A DNA stretch of 64,000 nt from Blastocladiella emersonii ATCC 22665. Lineage: Eukaryota > Fungi > Blastocladiomycota. Each line of letters opens with the position of its first letter. The stretch's first letter is position 1. The position numbers and the translations under genes were made by a program. The notes under the pieces are model-generated. The model was not told the origin of the DNA, did no database searches, and saw nothing but the letters and a program-made list of their open reading frames with translations. The stretch is taken from NCBI GenBank assembly GCA_025594325.1, contig JANHCV010000009.1, positions 186,001 to 250,000 of the forward strand. Direction: 5' to 3'. This document shows, in pieces, positions 1 through 11,683 of this stretch.

Positions 1-2
1 TG

Positions 3-461
3 CGTCCGCGCAAGGGTTTTGCGTTCCGCGACAGCGGCCGGATCGCGCTCGACCCGCACCCGGACCTCGCAGCGCGCCTGTGGCGGCAGCTCGCGGGCGT
101 GCTGCCGGCGTTCCCCGAGGGCACGCCCGTCGGGATGAACACGAATATCCGGCTGTACAAGTACGGCCGCGGGCAGAGCTTTGGGCAGCACTACGACGAG
201 AGCGTGCGGGTCGCTGGCGGGAGGACCGAGTTTACCCTGCTCGTGTACCTTTCCGGAGGAGGGGAGGGCGAGGACGACGAGGTGGGCGGCGGCGAGACCG
301 TGTTCTACGAGGGCCGGCGCAAGGTCGTCGCGGCCGTCGCGCCGGTCCGCGGCCGCGCCCTGATCCACCGCCACGGCGACGCGTGTCTCCTGCACGAGGG
401 CGCTGCCGTCACCAAGGGCGTCAAGTACCTGCTGCGCTCCGATCTCGTGTTTGCAACCTAG
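3..461 (+). CDS. 2OG-Fe(II) oxygenase (prolyl-4-hydroxylase-like), 5' partial
   Basis: Frame is open from the window edge (RPRKGFAFRDSGR...). It has RLYKY, the HYD and HEG iron ligands, GGETVF and KYLLRSDL. Stop at 459-461. Confidence 0.85.
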   Translation, partial: RPRKGFAFRDSGRIALDPHPDLAARLWRQLAGVLPAFPEGTPVGMNTNIRLYKYGRGQSFGQHYDESVRVAGGRTEFTLLVYLSGGGEGEDDEVGGGETVFYEGRRKVVAAVAPVRGRALIHRHGDACLLHEGAAVTKGVKYLLRSDLVFAT

Positions 462-468
462 CATACAT

Positions 469-1731
469 TTAGATCTTCTCCACCACGAACCACACCAGCT
501 GCCGCCCGTCGGCCAGCTCGACCGTCTCGTTGCGCAGCACCCGATACCCGGCGTCGCTTGTGAACCCCCACCCCCATTTCTCGGACACGACGGGCTCGGC
601 CATGACCTCGGCGTCTTTGAGGGACAGCAGCGCGCGGTCGAGCGGCCGCGTCAGCTCGCGCGGGTGCACGAGGTTGATGAACGACGACGGGCTCGCGTGC
701 CGCGTGGTCCATGCCGCAAAGTCGCCGCCCTCCGGCAACGCAAACGTCGACAGCAACATCCGCGCGCCGCTCTGCGCCAGTAACCGGTCATGGATCGCCG
801 AGACAAACGTGCGCGGCGGGAGGAACCGGTGCAGAAGGACCAGTTCAAACGGCCCCGTCACCTCGCCCCACGCGTCCCGCCCGCCCTCGCCGCGCAACTC
901 GCCTTGCTCGCCCGCCTTGGCGCGCACGAGCGTCACGCGGTCCCCGAAATGCAGCAGCGAGCAGACCGCGCGCGTCCGGTCGATGCTCCCCTTCCACGCG
1001 TCGACGGCGACCGCGGTGCACCCCGGGTAGTGGTGCAAAAGGTACGCCAGGTCGCGGCCCGCGCCGCACCCGAGGTCGAGGACGCGGAACGGGGTCGGGG
1101 AACCGGGTGCGCCGAAGAGTTGCGTCGCGGTCGCGGCGAGGACGGGTGCGGGGAGGAACGGGAGAGTCATGGTGCGCACGAGCGAGGCGCGGACGGTTGA
1201 CGGGGCGGGGTTGGAGGGGGCGGGGCGCGGGCTGCGGCTGCGGTCGCGACTTGGGGATGGTGAGACAGAACCGGGCCGGTCGCGGTCACGCTCGCCGTCC
1301 TCGTCCTCGACGGCGCTGCGGACATCCCACCCATCCTCCTTCGCGGCCACCCAGAACTGCGGCGTCGGAACGTACACCCCCTCGACACTCCACCCGCGGT
1401 CGTGGACATGCACCGCGAACCTCGCCGCCGTCGCGACTTGATTCCCCTCGACGGGCTCCCAGACCGCCGCGGGTTCCTTGACCGCTTCCGCGTAGCCCTC
1501 GCCGGGCGGGACGATCAGCGCGACGGGGACTGACCCGCGTTCGGGTAAGAGGAACCACGGGAAAGCGGTGCGCGAGGCGTAGTTGCACAGAGGGAGCGAG
1601 AAGGCGCCGGCCAGGTGCTGCGACTCGTACGCCGCGGCGGGGCGTAGGTCCAGGAGGATGGTGCCGGCGCGTGGTGGGGCCGTGAGCGTGTGCACGGGCG
1701 GCGGCGGGGCGTTCATTCGTTTGTCATGCAT
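469..1731 (-). CDS. Rhodanese-like domain + class I SAM methyltransferase (TehB-like) fusion
   Basis: N-terminal LLDLRPAAAYESQHLAGAFSLP is a rhodanese-type start. C-terminal VLDLGCGAGRD is the SAM-binding motif. An SR-rich linker lies between. Start is ATG 1731 or 1716. Confidence 0.7.
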   Translation of the reverse strand: MHDKRMNAPPPPVHTLTAPPRAGTILLDLRPAAAYESQHLAGAFSLPLCNYASRTAFPWFLLPERGSVPVALIVPPGEGYAEAVKEPAAVWEPVEGNQVATAARFAVHVHDRGWSVEGVYVPTPQFWVAAKEDGWDVRSAVEDEDGERDRDRPGSVSPSPSRDRSRSPRPAPSNPAPSTVRASLVRTMTLPFLPAPVLAATATQLFGAPGSPTPFRVLDLGCGAGRDLAYLLHHYPGCTAVAVDAWKGSIDRTRAVCSLLHFGDRVTLVRAKAGEQGELRGEGGRDAWGEVTGPFELVLLHRFLPPRTFVSAIHDRLLAQSGARMLLSTFALPEGGDFAAWTTRHASPSSFINLVHPRELTRPLDRALLSLKDAEVMAEPVVSEKWGWGFTSDAGYRVLRNETVELADGRQLVWFVVEKI

Positions 1732-1867
1732 CGTTGGTGAGGAGAGGGAGAGAGCAGCGGCGGCCGTGACGGCGGTGTTGATGGTGGCGACCACGCCGCC
1801 TTCGCCGACCTCTGACCGACCTCCACCACGCCGACGCCGGCGGCGCATGTAACCCACCGCAACAACC

Positions 1868-2638
1868 ATGGACCCATCATCGCCACCGTACACGGGCCCG
1901 TCGCTCGCCAAGCTGCGCGCGGGCCTCGACGCCTACTTCTCGTGGACCGCCGAAGAAGCGCGCCGGGCGCACCCACAGCTTCCGGCAGACCACCCGCTGG
2001 TCCGCCTGCCGCCGCCCCCTCCGGAACTCGCCCGGTTCGCGACGTTCGCGGGTCTCGGCGTCTTCTGGGGCTTCCTCCTCGGCGGCGCGATCGGCAGCCG
2101 CAGCGCGGGCCTCCAGTTCCTCGCCGAGCACGCGCACCAGCTGCCCGTCACGGTCCAGGGGTGGTACTTTTACCACAAGACGAAAAACTACCGTATGGCG
2201 TGGGGCGGGTTCCGCCGCGGGTTGCGTGAGGCCGGGCGGCTCGGGAGTGTCGTCGCCACGTTTGCAGCTGTCGAGACGGCCGTCGATCTTGCGCGCGAGA
2301 CGGAGGATGCGGCGAGTTCGGTCGTTGCGGGGATCTTTACGGCGGCGGCGTTTGCGGCTGTGAGTACGTTCGCCCCTGTCTTTCGAGAGCCTGCCTGCGT
2401 GTGCTGACACCTTCGTGTAGACCGCCTCCCGATCGCGTCAGCCAAGCGCACGCTCGTGTACGGCGCCGCGACGGGCGCCCTCGTTGGCGGGATCCAGGCC
2501 CTCGCCGCGCGCGCCCTCGGCCAGCCCGTCAAGTACGCCCCGCGCTCCAAGCCCGTGTGGTGGGAGTCCAAGCCCAACATCGAGGAGGCCGTGCCGGTGC
2601 CCGCGGGCAAGGCAGCGGTCGAGACGATTGATCTATAA
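1868..2638 (+). CDS. Tim17/Tim22-family-like membrane protein; join(1868..2363,2421..2638)
   Basis: Gly-rich TM helices (GFLLGGAIG; LAEHAHQLP...GWYFYHKTKNY). Phase-1 intron 2364..2420 (GTACGT...GCTGAC...TAG) joins AAFAAV-N-RLPIASAKR in frame. Confidence 0.65.
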
Positions 2639-2680
2639 ACTCTGTCTAGCTTTATTGATATGTACACACGATGGAGGAGA

Positions 2681-5110
2681 TCACAATGGCGCCGGCGCAC
2701 GCGCCCCGTTGCGCCCAAACACGGCGCCGAACCCGGCGGCCGCCGGCGGGAGGCCCGCCGAGTACGCGTCCACGTCCATGAACCGCGGGGTTGCGGCGGC
2801 CGAACCGCGCCGTCCCGGTGGGCGGTCCGACTCGAGCGTTGCCGCGGGCGACGGGAGCGCGACCACGACCGAGACTGCGGACGCCGACGACGGAGCCCGC
2901 CCCGCGGCCGCAAGCGAGTCGCTGCGCGGGTACCGGTCGCCCATCTGCCTCGCCCTTCGTTTCGGTGGAACCGGTCCCGCACTCACGGTATCTGCGGCCA
3001 CGAGCGCCGAACACAACCGCACCTCCCCCTGCTCCTCGGTGCACACGAGCGGAAACACGCCCTCCTTCCCGCCGCGCGTCAGGTTGACGCCGTCGGCCCA
3101 CGCGTCCTCGAACACGTACCGCACGTGCACGTAGTCGCCCTCGACCAGATCCAGCTCGTCGCCGTGCGCCGCCGTGTACGCGTACGTCACGCGGCGCGGC
3201 GGGCCGAGGTCCGCGAGGATTAGTGGTGGGGGAGGGAGGCGGTGGAGGGAGAGGCGCGGGATGGACGCGGTGGGTGAGGGAGCAGTTGGTGTGCGGGGGT
3301 GGTGGTGGTGGTAGAGCGTCTGGCTCGACGACGTCGCAGCGGGGTCGATCGGGATCGTCACGCTCGGCGGCGGCGGCGGCGACGGGCGTAGGGCGGACGC
3401 GTAGCCGGGGTCCGTTGTTGGCGTGGTCGGCGAGAACGGGGTCGGCGGCGGGGACACGGGCGAGAAGGGCGTCGGCGGCGGAGACGACACGTCCGTCGCC
3501 CGCCCCGACAACGCCAACGGCGGCGGCGGGTACGCGCCGAGCTGCGCGCCGAACGCGCCGTAGTGCAGCACGGGCCGCCCCGTCACCATCATGGGCGGGA
3601 CGCCCTGCTTCCCCGCTGCCACCGCCGCCTTCCCCCTCCCCCTCCGTCTCCTGCGACACCACCTGCGCTGCCGCACCCACGCGTACCCGTACCAGAACCG
3701 AAACACAGCGCGCTCGTGCGCGGGCATGCGGACGTCGGCGTTGCCCCACGGCATCAGGACGAGGGTGACGGCGACCAGCACGCCGAACGCGCCGAGCGCC
3801 GACGCCAGGATCGCGCCCCACGGCGGGCCCGCCGAGGTGGACGCGAAGGCGGAGCACGCGGAGCTCCCGCACCGGTGGCTGCACAGCGCCGCGAGGTTGT
3901 ACGAGGGTTCCGATGGGTCGGTTTGAGCGGCGGAGGTGTCGCGCGCGGAGAGGCGGAGAGCGGCACGTCCGCGCGCGCGGACGACGATCGACTCGCCTGA
4001 CGCCGCAGCGCCCGCGGCCGCTGGGCTCGTAACGACACTCGGTGCTGCATCGACGCGGAACTTGGGCGCGTGCAGGCCGCACCCCAGCACCTCGTGTTCG
4101 GTGAAGACGGGCGCGGCGGCGAGCAAGATGTCGGGGACGACGAGGTCGAGCACGGCGTTGCGCGGGACCGCGGCCGCCGCGTCATCATCGTCCACGGGTG
4201 CGGCGGCAGCGGGCGCGGAAGGCGAGCCGGACGTTGACGCCTGGCCCTCGAGGTACACTGCCGAGATGCGCGAGGCGAGGTCGAGCGACGGCGGGCACAC
4301 GCGCGGGAGCGCCGCGTGCACGATCTCGTGGTCCCACCGTGGCGAGAGCGGGGCGGGGGACGACGGGGAGGAGGTCGCGGCGATGGCTGTGTCCAGCACG
4401 CTCGCGGCGAAGGCGCGGCACAGCGAGTCGATGGCGCGCGAGTTGACGGGCAGTTTGCACGCGGGCGCCGGCGGTACGGGTGGTGGTGGGTCCGCGGGCG
4501 CCGTCTCGTTTCCGGCCACTTCACCGTCGCGTCGAACGAGCTGGCGCGACGTCGGCCGGGCGCCGATACACGCAAACTCGACGGTGGCATTCGCGATCTC
4601 GAGCGCGGTCTCGATACACGCGAGGGTGCGCACAAACCGCAGGTAGGTCGCCGCCCCATCGACGCGGGCGAACCCGATGCCCGGCTGCCCCGCGAGCGCG
4701 GTGCGCACGCGCGACCCGATGGCGTCGACGCGCGCATCGACCCAGTCCCCCGTCACCTCGGCCGACGACGCGTCGTACAGCAGCCCGGTCCCGCCCACGG
4801 CGTGCACGGACGGGACGCCGCAACCGAACGCGGACTCGGTCGTGATCAAGGGGGACTGGGTGGGAGGCGGCGGGTCCTCGCGCTGCGGGCGGACCGTGCC
4901 GACGCGCGCACCGGGACCCATCGGCGCGCGCCTCGCGTCGGCGGGCGTCGTCGGGCGCGTCATTGGGACCGGCTGCGTGAAGGCGCGGTACGCGCACAGG
5001 TGGCCGGGGAGCGGGCGGCACACGGCGGCGTTCGCGTCAGCGTGCACAAGCGCGGTGAAGAGCGCCAAGAGTAGCAAGATCATCGCGGGTGCATGCGATC
5101 CATGGTGCAT
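2681..5110 (-). CDS. Single-pass membrane protein: signal peptide, Cys-rich ectodomain, Pro-rich tail, SH3 domain
   Basis: MILLLLALFTALVHA signal (ATG 5083 or 5110). TM segment WGAILASALGAFGVLVAVTLVL. SH3 motifs YAYTAAHGDELDL...WADG...GVFP. Confidence 0.75.
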   Translation of the reverse strand: MHHGSHAPAMILLLLALFTALVHADANAAVCRPLPGHLCAYRAFTQPVPMTRPTTPADARRAPMGPGARVGTVRPQREDPPPPTQSPLITTESAFGCGVPSVHAVGGTGLLYDASSAEVTGDWVDARVDAIGSRVRTALAGQPGIGFARVDGAATYLRFVRTLACIETALEIANATVEFACIGARPTSRQLVRRDGEVAGNETAPADPPPPVPPAPACKLPVNSRAIDSLCRAFAASVLDTAIAATSSPSSPAPLSPRWDHEIVHAALPRVCPPSLDLASRISAVYLEGQASTSGSPSAPAAAAPVDDDDAAAAVPRNAVLDLVVPDILLAAAPVFTEHEVLGCGLHAPKFRVDAAPSVVTSPAAAGAAASGESIVVRARGRAALRLSARDTSAAQTDPSEPSYNLAALCSHRCGSSACSAFASTSAGPPWGAILASALGAFGVLVAVTLVLMPWGNADVRMPAHERAVFRFWYGYAWVRQRRWCRRRRRGRGKAAVAAGKQGVPPMMVTGRPVLHYGAFGAQLGAYPPPPLALSGRATDVSSPPPTPFSPVSPPPTPFSPTTPTTDPGYASALRPSPPPPPSVTIPIDPAATSSSQTLYHHHHPRTPTAPSPTASIPRLSLHRLPPPPLILADLGPPRRVTYAYTAAHGDELDLVEGDYVHVRYVFEDAWADGVNLTRGGKEGVFPLVCTEEQGEVRLCSALVAADTVSAGPVPPKRRARQMGDRYPRSDSLAAAGRAPSSASAVSVVVALPSPAATLESDRPPGRRGSAAATPRFMDVDAYSAGLPPAAAGFGAVFGRNGARAPAPL

Positions 5111-5914
5111 GGTGGAGGGCGAGCGTAGTGGCGGCGCCTCGCCATGCGGGGCGACAGGAGACGTGCAGGAGCGGGGAGAGCGGGAGCGAGAGCGCTGCAA
5201 CCCTCGCAGCAGAGTCGCCTCAAGGAGGATCCCCTGAGCGTCTGCATGTGCACGCGCGGGGCAGCGTCAAACTGCGAGGGCGAACAGGTCACAGGGTGAG
5301 GGAGGCGACCAATTCGGTGGACTGGGTGGGCCTCGCGCGGCCGGGGCGGTGGCGGCGGCGGCGGCGGCACAGGCGGTCCGGCCGGCGGGGTTGACAACAT
5401 CACGCGATGGCGCCCGTCACCGCAGGCACGACGCGGGCGCGCTGGCTCGCCACAGTGACGGCAGCACGACGGCGACCACGGCGACGGTGACGAGGGCGCG
5501 GTGGGGACGGCATAACGCTAGCAGTTGGGTCGCGTCGCGGCGCGTCGAGTCGACACGGTGACAGGTGTGACGTAGGAGCTGCATGTGTCATCGCGCACGA
5601 CGGCGCGGAGGACGACTACGTGGAGGGAACAGTCAGCAGCGACGGCGGCGACGCGCGGAGAGAAGCGGCGCGAGACGGCTGGAAAGCGCGAGACAAATTG
5701 TCACGTGTCCTGGGTGCCACGGCGGTCGGGCGAGCGATCGCGCGCGAACCGGTTGGAAGCGGCGCGCCGTTCGCCGGTGATCTGCGCCCTTCACTCCTCC
5801 GGAATCCGCGGGTTCCGCGCGTTTCGGCCGCCGTCACGCCTTTCAGCGCACGCCCGATGCGCCCCGCGTCGAGGCCTCGCCGGCCGCCGTGCCCCGCCGG
5901 CCGCGCCCGCGCCC

Positions 5915-5920
5915 TTATAA
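5915..5920 (+). promoter_or_regulatory. TATA-like box of hsp70
   Basis: TTATAA about 85 nt upstream of the ATG, in a GC-rich context. Confidence 0.5.
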
Positions 5921-6002
5921 CCGGCCCGCGCCCCCGCCCGCCCGTCCTCGCTCCCCTCAAGGATCTCTCGTATTTCCGCCCGCTACCCACACACGCACCA
6001 CC

Positions 6003-8121
6003 ATGACCACCAAGCTCGACTCGCCCGCCGTGGGCATTGGTACGGCCGCCGCCGCTGCTGCCCCGCGGTGCTGCTGCCGCCGCCGACCTCGTCCCCTGCG
6101 CTCGTCGCTGTCGCGGCGGACCCGATCGGCGGCGACAGCTGCACCCGCACCCGCCCTCTCGAGCGCGACGCTCACCCGCGATCCCCTCCCTCCCGCACCG
6201 TCTAGACCTCGGCACCACCTACTCGTGCGTCGGCGTGTGGCAGAACGACCGCGTCGAGATCATCGCCAACGACCAGGGCAACCGCACCACGCCCTCGTAC
6301 GTCGGCTTCACCGACTCGGAGCGTCTGATCGGCGATGCCGCCAAGAACCAGGTCGCCATGAACCCGCACAACACGGTCTTCGACGCCAAGCGCCTCATCG
6401 GCCGCCGCTTCGACGACGACGTTGTCCAGGCCGACATGAAGCACTGGTCCTTCACGGTCGTCAACAAGAACTCCAAGCCCCTCATCCAGGTCGAGTTCAA
6501 GGGCGAGACCAAGACCTTCACCCCCGAGGAGATCTCGTCCATGATCCTCACCAAAATGAAGGAGACGGCCGAGGCCTACCTCGGCACCAAGGTCAACCAC
6601 GCCGTCGTGACGGTGCCCGCCTACTTCAACGACTCGCAGCGCCAGGCCACCAAGGACGCCGGCGCCATTGCCGGCCTCAACGTGCTCCGCATCATCAACG
6701 AGCCCACGGCCGCCGCCATCGCCTACGGCCTCGACAAGAAGGCCGAGGCTGGCGAGAAGAACGTGCTCATCTTCGACCTCGGCGGCGGTACCTTCGACGT
6801 GTCGCTGCTCACCATCGAGGACGGCATCTTCGAGGTCAAGGCCACGGCCGGCGACACCCACCTCGGCGGCGAGGACTTCGACAACCGCCTCGTCAACCAC
6901 TTTGTCCAGGAGTTCAAGCGCAAGCACAAGAAGGACCTGTCGGGCAACGCCCGCGCCCTGCGCCGCCTCCGCACCGCCTGCGAGCGCGCCAAGCGCACCC
7001 TGTCGTCGTCGGCCCAGACGTCGATCGAGATCGACTCGCTGTTCGAGGGCATCGACTTCTACACGTCCATCACCCGCGCCCGCTTCGAGGAGCTGTGCGC
7101 CGACCTGTTCCGCTCGACGCTCGACCCCGTCGAGAAGGTGCTGCGCGACGCCAAGATGGCCAAGAACGAGGTGCACGAGATTGTCCTGGTCGGCGGCTCG
7201 ACCCGTATCCCCCGCATCCAGAAGCTCGTGTCCGACTTCTTCAACGGCAAGGAGCCCAACAAGTCGATCAACCCCGACGAGGCGGTCGCCTACGGTGCCG
7301 CCGTCCAGGCCGCCATTCTCGCCGGGGACCAGTCGGAGAAGGTGCAGGACCTGCTCCTCCTCGACGTCGCGCCGCTGTCGCTCGGTATCGAGACGGCCGG
7401 CGGTGTCATGACCCCGCTCATCAAGCGCAACACGACCATCCCCGCCAAGAAGTCGGAGACCTTCTCGACGTACGCCGACAACCAGCCCGGCGTCCTCATC
7501 CAGGTGTACGAGGGCGAGCGTGCCCGCACCAAGGACAACAACCTGCTCGGCAAGTTCGAGCTCACCGGCATCCCGCCCGCGCCCCGCGGCGTGCCCCAGA
7601 TCGAGGTCTCCTTCGACGTCGGTGCCGACGGTATCCTCAACGTGTCGGCCGTCGACAAGTCGACGAACCGGTCCAACAAGATCACCATCACCAACGACAA
7701 GGGCCGCCTGTCCAAGGAGGAGATTGAGCGCATGGTCGCCGAGGCCGAGAAGTACAAGAAGGAGGACGAGGAGGCGGCGTCGCGCATCCAGGCCAAGAAC
7801 GGCCTCGAGTCGTACGCGTACAACCTGCGCAACACGCTCAACGACGACAAGGTGGCCGGCAAGATGGACGCGGCCGACAAGGAGACGCTCAACAAGGCCA
7901 TTGACGAAACCATCTCGTGGCTCGACGGCAACCAGGAGGGCGCCAAGGACGAGTACGAGCACAAGCAGAAGGAGCTCGAGGGCGTCGCCAACCCCATCAT
8001 GACCAAGCTGTACTCGGCCGCCGGTGGCGCGCCCGGCGGCATGCCCGGCGGCTTCGACCCCTCGGGCGCCCCGCCCCCGGCTGCCGACACCACCGGCCCC
8101 ACCATCGAGGAGGTCGACTAA
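6003..8121 (+). CDS. hsp70: Cytosolic Hsp70; join(6003..6039,6206..8121)
   Basis: [19 protein letters not shown] is rebuilt across intron 6040..6205 (GTACGG...TCTAG). Hsp70 signatures are present and the protein ends in EEVD. Confidence 0.98.
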
Positions 8122-8459
8122 GTAGTTAGAGCTTCCTCATCATCCGCTGGTCTCCTCGCGGGATCGTAGGGCGTGTGTGGACTTTTTACCTACTTGGCTG
8201 CCTTTTTGTATCACGTAGCTGGAGTATCTTCTGTTAATATGCATCATCATTCAGTACCCATCGATCTCTTCTCTTGTCTACTTCGTGTGCGCTGCTCGAG
8301 CTTTTGAGCGAGCGACTCGAGCTGCTCGACTTGGTCCGTCGGCGCAAAGGACGCGGCCTTAAGTGTGCCGTTGTTCGTCGCGACTTGGGCCAGGCGGTGA
8401 AGCGAAGCGCGTGTGTTCTTCGCGCGCACGCCCGAGACGAGCTCACGCGGGATTCTCAG

Positions 8460-8506
8460 CAGCGTCGCGACGGAAGCAGAGCTGGCAGCGTCGCGACGGA
8501 AGCAGA
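8460..8506. repeat. Tandem duplication, period 26
   Basis: CAGCGTCGCGACGGAAGCAGA at 8460 and 8486. Confidence 0.85.
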
Positions 8507-10007
8507 CCTGACTGCGCGACGAACACGCTCTCAAGGAACTCGCGCGAACCGCCTGCGACGAGAACGACGCGCGCGGCGCACGTCGACCTATAGCGCACGG
8601 CGGCGACAGTCGTGTCGCGCGTACCGCCCGCGTTCACGGGCCGTGGCGGCGGACGCGATCTCTCAGCTCCCATCGCGGCCGGTGCGCGCGAGCTGCCCCG
8701 TTCGTCGGCACGGGGGTCGCGGCGAGCGGCGTGAAGAAGACGATCGATGGACAGCGCATCACCCGCAGTGCTACTGGCTGACGCGACGCTGAGGAGATCG
8801 AGCTGGCGAAGGCTCGATCGCGCAAGATGTCTGCGGGCGTTGACCGAGTGCCGCGCGGGCTGGCGGTGGATCGCGCGGCGCGCGTGGGGATGCCGTCGAC
8901 GCCCATCGCGAACCCGATCGCATCATGCAGAAGGCGTGCCCGAGATCGCAGAGGTGAGGGTGAGGAGCGAACAGGTTGAGCGAGCCACAGTCGGACGGCG
9001 CCGCCGCCGCCGACTTCGCGACGAGGCGACCTGTCCGTGCCAACGGCGACGTGCGGCGCGCACTCAGGTTCCACAAGAGCAGCGACAAGACACGACGGTG
9101 CTCATCGGGGGGCTGCGAGCCTGACCTTGGAGCAGCACTTGCCACGGCCGACATCAGCCTCTCGGCCGCTCCACTCCTGCTGCGGGCGCCCGCAGCGAGC
9201 CCGGTCCATGTCCGCGCAGCTATTGCGGCGAGTAAGCTTCTCTTCATGGATCGATTCATGGCTTAGGGGCACGGGTGACACTGCGAGCGAGAGGGCGGAG
9301 TAGAAGTCGCGTCGCTCACCGGTGCCGCCCACATGTGCGCTTCCCCGCCTTCAAGCCGCGGTCGTCGGCCGCGAGCGGTCCACGCTCTCCTGCTCTCTCG
9401 TCTTTTGAAAGTTGATCATGGAGCACTCGGCGCCCGTACCTTGTCGCCGCGCGCGTCCGTGACCGGCAACGACAAGGCGGGCTTCTGAGGATGACTGAGT
9501 GCTCGGCCATGGCCATGGGTCGCGCCGCGCGGGTTGACGACGAGGAATGACCAGCAGATGGTGTATACATGCTTCAAAGTACGCACGGTCGCGAAAGGAG
9601 CGCGTGAGGGAACAACACCCCAGCGCAGCGCTGGTGTACAGGCTCGCGCAGCGTTGTCTTGAGCCTCGACCAGAGCCTCCTCAGCGGAGCTACGAGGTCG
9701 CTAGCCTTGTTCGTGACGCGGGACGCGGGACGGACGCATATAGCATATATGCAGTCGGACGATCGGCCCACGGCATGAACGCAAACTATTCTCCCTCTCG
9801 CGACTACTGCCGCTCAACAGGCAGCGCTGTCACAGCGACCGCTTCCTATTGAATGGTGCGCACCCGTGAGCCCAGTCCGCGTCAGTGCAATCGTTGCAGC
9901 AAGTAAACATCCATTCAGGAATCGATACACGACTTACGTCGGGTGGTAACGTGCGCGAGAGGGCGAAAGTTCAGGTCGCATCGTCAGAACGCAAAGAGCC
10001 GCTGGAG

Positions 10008-10042
10008 GAGACGCGTCGCGATATCACGCCAGGGTCACCTGA
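10008..10042 (+). promoter_or_regulatory. Conserved upstream motif of family A genes
   Basis: GAGACGCGTCGCGATATCACG...GGTCA at 10008 and 12305, with a variant at 16487. Confidence 0.55.
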
Positions 10043-10121
10043 AGGGATGGATGGTCAAGGCCAAGTTTCAAGCCTGGCCAGCTCGCGCCTGTTCTCCCTC
10101 GTCCCACGACCAGCAGCCACC

Positions 10122-11683
10122 ATGGAATCCAATGAACTAGGAGACTTGATGCAACCTTCGCGCACACTTGCAGCGCTTCCTGCCGAACTACTTATGGGCG
10201 TCTTGAGCCTGGCCCGCCCGCACGTCGCGCTCGTCGCTGCATCGCGCGAGCTTTCGGTTTTCGCTCGCTCAACGTGCGTTACACATCCTTGGATCGAACG
10301 TATCCTTTCAAACTGCGGTCCCTCCAAACGCAAAAGGACCCAGCGTCGACATGGACGCCACCGCAGCGATCTCGTGGAGCTTTTGGAGCATACGGCCGAC
10401 CGTACCGCTTGGAAGAACGATTTTTACCGCATTGTTGCTCAAGATCACCCCGCGTATCATCTCTCCACCTCGCTTTATACCGTCCTCGCCAACTACTTGA
10501 CTGGTCGTGCGGTGCCCGTGCTGCAGCGATTTGGCGGTGATTTCGCGCGGCTTACAGCGTCTCTCACGAATGAAATTGAACGCTTTGTGCTAAAATGGAC
10601 CAGTTTTTGACAGTCGCTCAGCTTGGTACGGATTAACCCACACGGCGGCATCCCCAAACATCTCAAAAAATGCTGACCTTTTGTCGTTGCTCGTGGCATT
10701 TGATCTAATCCTCAAGCGATACACGGCTTGCTCGCCCCAGCTCGTCCTCAAGTTTGTTCAGCTGCACCGCAAGGACCTCGTTGGCAAACTTGTAAATGCT
10801 TTCGCAACTATTCTTTGCGACACAACGACTAGCCCGTAGGAAAATGTGCCTGTTTTTCTTCAGGGCATGCCTCGCCCAGAACCACAATCCTTGCCCGAAC
10901 GTTTCCTGAAAAACTTTCGCAGGCAAGCTTGATTCGGACTTGTGGGATTTCTTTCTGCTGGCCAACGCGACGCTTCTACGTGTCCCCATTTCCGAGTGCT
11001 CCGACCTTGCGAGGCTGCCTGTTGCTGTTATGCACGACGACGCGCTTCGCGACCGCGCGGGCGAGTTGATGCGCCGCACGGGCACAGTTCAACTGTTTCT
11101 TGGCAACATGATCTGCATTTCACTGGCTGGGTCGGCCAAGCTGTACAAAGTTTCCTTGGGCTTGCCGCACATTGTAACTTGCGCTACCTGTGATCTCTGC
11201 CACCGGCAATCGTGGCTGGACACCTTTGACATGCTTCTCGCGCTCGATCCAACGGGACTGCGCGGACTTCCAGAGCCTGCAACCACCAAGCTTGTCGAAA
11301 CCATCCAAGCCCTCGATTCACTTGACTCAAGCGGCAACGCTTCCGCTGACCCCGAATGTTGTCGCCTTATTCTCCATCCGCTTCGTGAGCTCGTGCGGTC
11401 GCTGATCTGGACCGATCTGGCCGCGGTGCTTGACTTTTATCAAGCAGCTGCCCTGGGCGACGAGATCTCGATTGCGTTCTGGCGAGCTGTTCCCGACGGC
11501 AAGCTTGATGGGGTCATGGACGTCGAATGGATTGCGAAGCAGGTCCTCTACGAGGTCCGGGAGCCGTTACCGCGACGTGCGTTCATTGACGAGATCTGCC
11601 GCGTCGCGCCCAAGACGGTTGCTTCGCGCGAGTACGCCGACTCCATGATTATGATCATGCACGATGTCGCGCGACGCGCGTGA
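10122..11683 (+). pseudogene. Family A paralog A1 (F-box-like N-terminus, CxxC C-terminal domain), inactivated
   Basis: Homologous to 12426..14764. Lesions: ~0.8 kb frameshifting deletion at ~10595, acceptor AG changed to GG at 10695, TAG at 10837, extra A at 10909-10913. Confidence 0.85.

Noticed and set aside
5746-5825. Heat-shock elements upstream of hsp70
   Set aside because: There are 10-bp-spaced GAA/GAA and TTC/TTC pairs but no contiguous nGAAnnTTCn triplet, so the signal is too weak to call.
6202-7962. Long antisense ORF opposite hsp70, and similar shadow ORFs over pol, TBCD and UBX-LRR
   Set aside because: These are the expected by-product of extreme GC3 bias, and antisense ORFs are well known for hsp70.
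8900-8990. CDLGHAFC on the minus strand resembling a RING/IBR fragment
   Set aside because: The remaining ligands are absent and there is no gene structure.
10836-10863. 28-nt GT-AG micro-intron that would remove the A1 stop
   Set aside because: Splicing it leads to TGA at ~10907, and the segment aligns as coding with A2.
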